Part shown: piece after piece, positions 21,849 through 29,157 of the stretch | Position numbering within the stretch: position 1 is the stretch's first letter | Layout: each line of letters opens with the position of its first letter | Source of the DNA: Octopus sinensis | Lineage: Eukaryota | Direction: 5' to 3' | DNA length: 29,157 nt | Assembly: GCF_006345805.1 (NCBI RefSeq) | Contig: NW_021832966.1 | Span: forward strand, 1 to 29,157 | Notes under the pieces: model-generated | The model's input: only the letters and a program-made list of their open reading frames with translations | What the model was told of the DNA's origin: nothing | Databases searched by the model: none | Program-made: the position numbers and the translations under genes

Positions 21849-21900
21849 ATGTATGAGTGTATACATGTATACATGTTTGTGTCTATTTAGGTGTAAATAT
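21350..21900. repeat. (GT)n/(GA)n/(GATA)n/(TA)n compound microsatellite
   Basis: Directly visible runs. Confidence 0.92.
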
Positions 21901-21973
21901 GTGCCCTCAGAGTAACCCATATACCCTTCTATCTTTATACAATATACCCACATATGTGTGTTTGTGTGTGTTC

Positions 21974-22061
21974 ATAGTAGAAGACACTTGCTCAAGGTGC
22001 CACGCAGTTGGACTGAACCCGGAGCCATGTGGTTGGCAAGCAATCTTCTTACCACACAGCC
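21974..22061 (-). mobile_element. SINE family A head fragment
   Basis: atagtagaagacacttgctcaaggtgccacgcagttggactgaacccggagccatgtggttggcaagc...accacacagcc. Confidence 0.9.
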
Positions 22062-22218
22062 TTTCATATATATATATAAGAATTCCGTCTTCTTAGCAAC
22101 CTTCACTCGGGAACGAATTTGTAGATACAATCGAATATTTTGCATTATGACAGACAGTTAAATAGAATTAACAAAGTTATGCGTCGAATTCGAAATGAGA
22201 ATGTTTATAGAGGTGAAA

Positions 22219-22448
22219 GGCGGCGAGCTGGCAGAACCGTTAGCACGCCGGGCGAAATACTTAGCGGTATTTCGTTCGCCGTTACATTCTGAGTTCAGGT
22301 AGACTTTGCCTTTCATCCTTTCGGGGTCGATTAAATAAGTACCAGTTACGCACAGGAGTTGATATAATCGACTTAATCCGTTTGTCTGTCCTTGTTTGTC
22401 CTCTCTGTGTTTAGCCCTTGTGGGTAGTAAAGAAATAGGTATTTTGTC
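22219..22448 (+). mobile_element. Full-length SINE family B ending in a repeat of its internal GGTATTT motif
   Basis: Head ggcggcgagctggcagaaccgttagcacgccgggcg, body gcctttcatcctttcggggtcgattaaataagtaccag, tail gtgggtagtaaagaaata|ggtattttgtc. Confidence 0.93.
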
Positions 22449-22829
22449 TCGTAAGTGAGTGGAGGATATTTGTCAACACGTGCTTTCTCACAGACAAAAG
22501 AGTTCTCATGCTTGGCTTGTTACTATGGAACAGGCATGAATGTGTCTGTGGCTTATGACTGGCTAAAATTACCCCAAATTTGCAAACTTTAAAAGTTAAT
22601 AACTCTTTATTTGCTGATTTATTGCGAAATTGAATTTCAAAGCCTTGATTAGCATATAAAACCATATCATTACACCGAATATGAAATCAAATCGAGCAGG
22701 CATTGAGGAGATTGAAAATTGCCTGCTGAACAGAAAAAATCCAGTTGGAATAAGATTTAAAATTTAAAAATTAAGAAACAAAAATTTTGGTTTCAAATTT
22801 GACTCAACGCTGGGAAGCTCGGGATTAGG

Positions 22830-22980
22830 ATAAGACGATTACATCGACCCCAGTGTTCAAATGGTACTTATTTTATCGAACCCAAAATAATGAAAAAGCA
22901 AGGTCATTCTCGGCGGAATTTGAACTCAGATTGTAAAAAGCGGAAAAAAATGCCGCTAAAGCATTTTGCCTGGCGTAACT
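22830..22980 (-). mobile_element. Diverged SINE family B variant
   Basis: acgattacatcgaccccagtgttcaaatggtacttattttatcgaac...ctcggcggaatttgaactcag...gccgctaaagcattttgcctggcgt. Confidence 0.85.
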
Positions 22981-23034
22981 ATGTTCCTAAAAACACTCCC
23001 GGTAATTGTACCTATTCAATTATTGATTTATGCT

Positions 23035-23054
23035 ATGGTGGTGGTGGTGTTGTA

Positions 23055-23093
<39 letters not shown>

Positions 23094-23180
23094 TAGTAGT
23101 AGTAGTAGTAGTATAGCAGCAGCAGCAGCAGCTGCAGTAGCAGAAGCAGCAGCAGCAGCAGGAAGGCGACGACGATAATG
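23035..23180. repeat. (GGT)n/(TAG)n/(CAG)n trinucleotide repeat
   Basis: Source of the poly-S/A/C/T/Y ORFs. Confidence 0.95.
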
Positions 23181-23318
23181 ACGAATAGTGGGGGCAGAAA
23201 GGGGAATATCTCTGACATTTTGCAAAGCCTTTAAGTTTGGTAGGTAAAGGGAGGACGAAACCATGACTCATATTGAATCAGGAAGGAGCTGTGTATCAAA
23301 ACACGGGTTTATATATTC

Positions 23319-23590
23319 AGGCAGGGAACTGGCTGAGTGGTTAGAGAAAAGGACAAAAATACTGTACAATATTTGTTCACTGAGATCAAATCTCACCGAG
23401 TTAAATTTTATTCAGAGTCAAAAACGTAAATAGTCTCCGCACAAATGAATTGGTGGTTGTATTAGACCATCGGACGAGATGCTTTGTGATATTTGTTCCT
23501 TCCCAATCTCCGTGTTCTGGGATCAAATTCCACTGATCTTATTTCTACCTTCTACTTATTTGTTTTCGGACTCGTAAAAATATAATATAT
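23319..23590 (+). mobile_element. Two very decayed SINE-B-like head fragments
   Basis: ggaactggctgagtggttagag...gagatcaaatctcaccgag and ttagaccatcggacgagatgctttg...ctgggatcaaattccactga; similarity is weak. Confidence 0.45.
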
Positions 23591-23815
23591 GCATTGTACT
23601 GTAATTTGGCAGAAATATGAAACTTGGAACAATATACCTTTTCTTATTTGTTCATACCCCTTTTCAGTTCTTGGTTCGCAGACTTAGACTCTTGCCTAGT
23701 TTATCACCACTACCTTTCTGTCTCAAAGCTCATTCCGCTATAAGAATTTGAGCAGATTTTCTCATACAGTATAGTCTTCACCATTTCTCTCAGCCAGAAT
23801 CGAAGTCCTGGAAAA

Positions 23816-23962
23816 ATAAATTCTTATATTAGAGGCACAAGGACTAAAATTTAGTGGGGGGAGGGACTAGTCGATTATATCGACCCCAGAATTTCACAGG
23901 TACTTAATTTATCGAGCCCGAAAGGATGAAAGATAAAGTCGACCTCAGAGGCATTTGAACCT
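23816..23962 (-). mobile_element. SINE family B variant (alternative tail), cut at the B box
   Basis: ggcacaaggac...gtcgattatatcgaccccag...ggtacttaatttatcgagcccgaaaggatgaaagataaagtcgacctc...tttgaac. Confidence 0.88.
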
Positions 23963-23972
23963 ATATGTAATA

Positions 23973-24013
<41 letters not shown>

Positions 24014-24049
24014 GATGATGATGATGATGATGGTGATAATAATAATAAT

Positions 24050-24460
24050 ATAGCAGCGAAAGAATTTGACAAGGTCAGTAAATATAAAGACTTGCTAATA
24101 AAAATTGAAAAAATGTGGCATCTCAAGGCGACTACAGTACCAGTGATTGTAGGATCTCTAGGAATGATAAAAAAAAACTGGTACTGAAACTTATCTGAAA
24201 ATGATACCAGGCTTACCATCCCTACAGAAAGTTTAAAAAATCGTATTAACTGGAACGGCTCATGTACTCAGAAGAGCATTATCGCTGTGAAAAAAAACAT
24301 CCATTAATGAATTTATTTATTTATTAATTTTCTAAAATACATATTTTACCTGTCAATTTGCGTGTGTAATCTGGGAATGCTTACAATGAGCTTCTCTGCC
24401 CTAGGTGTACGGAAAACACCCGGCGAGAAATGGAAGAAAATTTGAAGAAAGAAGGAAATA
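24050..24460 (+). mobile_element. 5'-truncated non-LTR retrotransposon, R4/Dong-like: C-terminal restriction-like endonuclease relic plus 3' UTR, embedded in (TAA)n
   Basis: 24050-24290 translates as IAAKEFDKVSKYKDLLIKIEKMWHLKATTVPVIVGSLGMIKK/GTETYLKMIPGLPSLQKV*KIVLTGTAHVLRRALSL*, with one frameshift in an A run and one internal stop. KxxKYxDL...W...P(V/I)xxGxLG is typical of REL-domain C-termini. TAA repeats flank both sides. Confidence 0.87.
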
Positions 24461-24811
24461 AAATAATAATAATAATAATAAAAAGAAGGAAAACACACAC
24501 AGTTTATATAGTTTTAATATATTTTATATAGTCGAGCATAGTGATAGTCGGCCGTTTTGGTGTTTCCCGAATCATCACATTAAAATTATTGTAATATATC
24601 AAATTTTTTAAAGAAGTTTCTAGTTCATATTTCAAACGTTTAATTGAGAGTTTGTAAATGAGTCACCATGTAGAAAAATATAACAAGCGTATTATTGACA
24701 GCCGAAACTTCGAAATCCCTATCAATAATATTTTTGAATAAGAATAATAAAATCGTACTCTACAAATGTATTGAGCATTCCATTAGATTAATGTAAAATT
24801 AGTTTTATTAA

Positions 24812-24998
24812 GACTGAGCGTTGCGACACTTCGTCCGTCTTCATCTTCTGTTTCAAAATTCTGCCTGATTTTGAATTTGTCTTCCATGCATGCACAGTCC
24901 ATAAAATAAGTACCAGTTGAACACTGGGGTCGTTGTAATCGACTCGTCAGGGTCCCCTGAATTCCTGGCCTTGTTCCAAAATTTGAAATCACTATTAC
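24812..24998 (+). mobile_element. Diverged SINE family B variant
   Basis: ataaaataagtaccagttgaacactggggtcgttgtaatcgac...ttcctggccttgttccaaaatttgaaa. Confidence 0.75.
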
Positions 24999-25010
24999 TG
25001 TGTAACTTTC

Positions 25011-25069
25011 TAAGGCGGTGCCCCAGCATGATCGCAGTCTAATGACTGAAGTTGCTAAAAGATAAAAGG
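25011..25069 (+). mobile_element. SINE family A-type tail fragment
   Basis: taaggcggtgccccagcatgatcgcagtctaatgactgaa. Confidence 0.82.
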
Positions 25070-25799
25070 AAGTGATACATACATACATTTATACACACAC
25101 ATTATATATATATGTCAGTATGTATGTATGTGTGTATGTATTATGTCTTTTTACTTATGACGCCAGAAATAAATATAAAAAGTTATTAGCAGTAGAGAAA
25201 CTAAAAAGTTAACAGGTCTCACCTATTTGAAGTTGTCAAACGAAGCTGTTAGCACCGAACACAAAGAGGATAAATACTCGGCAGAAAACAAAACTTTCAA
25301 AGTCATGGAATCGATTTAGAGGCGAGAAGGAAGGAGAAGGACAGGAAGACAAAGAGGCAGAGACAAAAGAGAGAATGACAGAGAGAGAGAGAGACAGAGA
25401 GAGAAGAAAGAGCGGCTGCAATTTAGAAAACAGAGGAAAGAGTGGACAAAGGGAAAATAAGAGAAGGGGGTATTAGGAAATAATATTTAGCCCTATAATC
25501 TATTTAGTTCGTTAATATTCTCACTACTTCGCCACTTTCTAAAAACATGGGAGCATTTTTGCTATAAAGAACATTAATATACGTAACAGAGTTACGATGG
25601 CGGAGGCGAAGGTGGTCGTGGTGGTGGTGGTGGTGGTAGTGGTGGTGAGAGTTGGTGAGGGCCTTTAAGTGTTATTATATTTTTATTCTACTCTGTTTCA
25701 TGTTATCTACCCTTGGCACTTACTGAAATTACTGACGCCGCAAGATTGAATCACAAGAGAATAGCATGTACAATGCTGGATAGATTCCAAATTAAACAA

Positions 25800-25848
25800 G
25801 AGCACATACATGCATACATATACACACATACATCAGTATATACACATG

Positions 25849-25879
<31 letters not shown>

Positions 25880-25937
25880 GCATATATATATATATATTTA
25901 TATATACTTAAATATGCACATATATATATATACATAG

Positions 25938-25984
<47 letters not shown>

Positions 25985-26000
25985 ATATATATATTGTACG
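25800..26000. repeat. (TA)n/(CA)n microsatellite
   Basis: Directly visible. Confidence 0.93.
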
Positions 26001-26389
26001 TAACGAATATTATTCCAAATAATAATGATATAAAAATAAACCTAACAACAGATAAGAAGTGGATAGTTATGATGCAGGCTGACAAAAATTTATAATTTGC
26101 TATTCAATAATGAATCATTAACGAGTAATCGCAAACGAACAATATCTAAAATGGATTTAATGTGCGTTTAATTTCGCTGCAATCTTTCGTGTATGTCCGA
26201 TATAATCTCATTATATAATTTAATAGTGAATAAAAAAAAAGAAAAAATATATATATAAAATAAAAAAAACATGTCGATTACCTCTGCTGTTACTGCTGAG
26301 AGTGAAACGTGGGGCTGGTTATCAGCAGTGACAATTTTTCTAAAATGGTAGCGATCTGGTGACTGTACGTATCCATGCACAGAAAAAAG

Positions 26390-26573
26390 TACAAACACAC
26401 ATATACGCACACCATCCACGCACATGCAGACGCACATAAAACTTACATATATGCATGCATGCTTACATGCATGCATACATACAAAACAGAGAGAGACAGA
26501 CAAACATACAAATACACACTTAAGATATATATACATATGTATATATTAATTTTATGTATATATATATATATTA

Positions 26574-26618
<45 letters not shown>

Positions 26619-26740
26619 TATGTGTATATTAGTACATTTATGTGGAAGAGGTCCAGGAAAAGGCTTCTCCTTCACAATCGATAAAACCCCTGATATTGAT
26701 TGATAATTATGTTTGTATATATATATATATATATACACAT

Positions 26741-26772
<32 letters not shown>

Positions 26773-26785
26773 GTGTGTGTGTGTA
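26390..26785. repeat. (CA)n/(TA)n microsatellite blocks
   Basis: Directly visible, with a short unique gap at about 26640-26710. Confidence 0.88.
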
Positions 26786-27010
26786 TAGGGCGTGGTTGTG
26801 TGGTTAGAAGCTTGCTTTCAAGCCACATGGTTCCGGTTTCAGTCTCACTGCGTGGCACCTGTGACAAGTATCTTTTTGTATAACCTCCGGCTGACCAAAT
26901 ATTTGTAACTGGGATCTTCACATTTCGGGTTATAAACACACCAACATCGGTTGGCAATCGATGGAAGTGGACAAACAGAAGCAAACACACACACACACAC
27001 ACATACACAC
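26786..27010. mobile_element. SINE-A head (+, 26786-26915) joined to an inverted SINE-A body fragment (-, 26933-27010)
   Basis: gttgtgtggttagaagcttgctttcaagccacatggttccggtttcagtc on +, then taaacacaccaacatcggttg...gacaaaca, which matches the minus-strand copy at 7474-7520. Confidence 0.8.
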
Positions 27011-27569
27011 ACAGATATATATATATTCATTCAATTTTGGGGAATTAATTGATATGTTTGTATTCTATTTCAGATAATACAAAAAGAACCTAATGAGCAT
27101 ATCTGACAGTAAACTCAAGGTATCAGTTTGCACATCGCGAAATAATAATATTTAAAAGATATAATCAAAATTACCAGCATGTTATATAACATGCTTCATT
27201 AATTATATCCTACTTTAGTTAAAACTTATACTTATCAAATATGAAGAACTACACGTGTTTCTGTAATGGAAGATTACACTGTATACCTATATACATATAT
27301 GAATACATATATGCAATCGTCAGATTTACAATTATTTCAACACATCTTCAGGTTCTATTTTAAAATATTATATATCTAATTTCATATCCTTTTAAAGACA
27401 AGCAATACAATTAAGCATTAAAGTCTTAAAATTAAGAGTTAAAAATTAAGAATAAAAATTATACTTTGTAATATTAAGAATTAAAATTTATAACTTTGTT
27501 TTTCTAATACACATTCATAAGGCCGTGGTTGCCATTCGAGGTTATATTAAAACATATGGTTATCTTAGT

Positions 27570-27638
27570 TGCCACGCAGTGGAACTGAACCCGGAACCCG
27601 TTGGTTGGGAAGTAAACGTCTTACTACATAGGCACACC
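27570..27638 (-). mobile_element. SINE family A head fragment
   Basis: tgccacgcagtggaactgaacccggaacccgttggttgggaag. Confidence 0.82.
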
Positions 27639-27669
27639 ATTGTAAGCTTTTCTTTATGTTATAGATACG

Positions 27670-27870
27670 TTCATTTACATGTTTATGCGTGTGAGTGTCT
27701 CTTTGTGTGTGTGTGTGTGTCTCTTGTGCGTGCATTTCTGTTCGATTCTATGTGTATATGTGTATGTGTTTGTGTGTGTGTGGGGGGGGCATGTGTGTAT
27801 GTGTAAGTGCGCGCGTCGTGTATGTGTGTGTATCTGTGTGTATTTTTGTATCAGTTCGTTTGTGTACGTG
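27670..27870. repeat. Degenerate (GT)n
   Basis: Directly visible. Confidence 0.9.
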
Positions 27871-28008
27871 GTTGTGATTTTGTAAAGAAATGAAATTTTG
27901 AAAACACACATTTTTAAAATGTGTTTTCGCTTTCTCGATCAGAAACCAATTTTCAAGGTTTTTCAACGGTAGCGTTGTGGGATCGAATCTCAGTTCAGCA
28001 CTTAGATA

Positions 28009-28023
28009 CAGCGGTTCTCAACC
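28009..28023 (+). mobile_element. Possible hAT/Charlie-like terminal sequence (single end)
   Basis: CAGCGGTTCTCAACC resembles CAGTGGTTCTCAACC-type termini; no partner end found. Confidence 0.35.
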
Positions 28024-28108
28024 GTTCTCCATATAACCCTTAAGGGCCCATATAAGATTTTTCTTGTTAAAGTTTGTGAGCAATATAAACGGTTATTCTC
28101 CTACAATA

Positions 28109-28366
28109 GATAAATAAATGCGCCCTTTAGAAGCCTAGCCAGGCTCATGGGCCCGGTTTCCCGGTATCTATGGCGTTTGTGTTCCCCAGCTGGACGGGAC
28201 GCCAGTCCATCGCAGCGTTACTCATTTTTGCCAGCTGAGTGGACTGGACCAACGTGAAATGAAGTGTTTTGCTCAAGAACACAACGCCTCGTCCGCTCCA
28301 GGAATCGAAACCACAATCTTACAATCATGGTGCTATAACCCTAACCACGAAGCCACGCACCTTCAC
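28109..28366 (-). mobile_element. Mosaic SINE (family C head and CORE-like segment, family D tail) with a 14-bp target-site duplication
   Basis: 28120-28220 matches the D tail (12289-12392); 28221-28365 is the inverse of C 3299-3437. Flanks are ATTCTCCTACAATA (28095-28108) and ATTCTGCTACAATA (28367-28380). Confidence 0.92.
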
Positions 28367-28444
28367 ATTCTGCTACAATACACAATATATTTTAAAAACG
28401 TGTTTGCGCAGTTCCTAATATTATTTACTTTTAGAAAATATAGC

Positions 28445-28453
28445 ACATAGATG

Positions 28454-28508
<55 letters not shown>

Positions 28509-28620
28509 GTAAATAGATTGATACAGAGACAGTTAGATATAGTTAAATACGCATACATGCATCTAGCCGCACTCACATACATAAGTATATACATACATAC
28601 ATACATACATACATACATTA
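28445..28620. repeat. (GATA)n/(GA)n/(CATA)n microsatellites
   Basis: Directly visible. Confidence 0.88.
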
Positions 28621-28855
28621 AGGCGGCGAGGCTGGCAGACACGTTAGCGCGCCAGGCTAAGTGCTTAGTAGTATTTCGTCTGTCGTTACGTTCTGAGTTC
28701 AAATTCCGCCGAGGTCAACTTTGCCTTTCATCCTTTCGGGGTCGATAAATAAAGTACCAGTTTCGCACTGGGGTCGATATAATCGACTCAATCCCTTCGT
28801 CTGTCCTTGTTTGTCCCCTCTATGTTTAGCCCCTTGTGGGTAGTAAAGAAAGAAA
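28621..28855 (+). mobile_element. Full-length, well-preserved SINE family B lying within (CATA)n
   Basis: Head, intact B box GTTCAAATTCC, body and tail ...gtgggtagtaaagaaagaaa; (CATA)n on both sides. Confidence 0.95.
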
Positions 28856-28971
28856 TACATACATACATACATACATACATACATACATGCTGCATGCATG
28901 CATGCAGCATGCATCGCATGCATGCATGCATGCAATACATACATACATACATACATACATACATACATACA

Positions 28972-29001
<30 letters not shown>
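28856..29001. repeat. (CATA)n with an internal (CATG)n island
   Basis: CATG-type units at 28886-28934. Confidence 0.95.
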
Positions 29002-29002
<1 letters not shown>

Positions 29003-29129
29003 GATTAAGAGAGCTCACACGAGTAAAATGACATTCAAAGAGTTCCATAGGTAAAAGAAATTTGCTGGAAACCACAGGTCTAGGCAACTATAGCCTTGAT
29101 TCCTTCCAGCAGACAATATGCCTGATGTA

Positions 29130-29157
29130 CAGTAATCCCTCGCCATATCGCGGTTCA
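29130..29157 (+). mobile_element. Left end of a pogo/Tigger-like (Tc1/mariner superfamily) DNA transposon, cut by the window edge
   Basis: TA (29128-29129) followed by CAGTAATCCCTCGCCATATCGCGGTTCA; a related decayed copy is at 12776-12830. Confidence 0.68.

Noticed and set aside
25223-25245. 23-nt minus-strand microexon (ctaacAG ... AG|GTGAGA)
   Set aside because: Such motifs occur by chance at this scale, the length is not a multiple of 3, and there is no gene context.

Overview
This is repeat-dense, AT-rich eukaryotic non-coding DNA (intergenic, or inside a very large intron). The SINE families and microsatellite load suggest an octopus or other coleoid cephalopod; that is an inference from recalled sequence, not a database result. 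I cannot support any intact protein-coding gene, tRNA, rRNA or CRISPR array, and nearly all ORFs in the track are translations of microsatellites or SINEs. By eye, roughly 30% of the window is simple repeat. Much of the rest is about 30 copies or fragments of tRNA-headed SINEs, which I label A-D because I cannot assign Repbase names. The only real coding relics are a 5'-truncated R4/Dong-type non-LTR retrotransposon lying in a (TAA)n tract (24050-24460) and a decayed Tc1/mariner transposase N-terminus (17777-18130). There are also pogo/Tigger-like, hAT-like and possibly Helitron-like ends. The most unusual structures are a TTAA-bounded 54-bp inverted repeat (9614-9783), three tandem 43-bp hairpins (1453-1578), and a dimeric minisatellite of SINE Pol III B boxes (4412-4817). 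SINE-B also has a recurring breakpoint (GGTATTTCGTC) linked to head-less multimers. I found no evidence strong enough to claim a new biological system; the SINE-B multimer/breakpoint pattern is the best lead.
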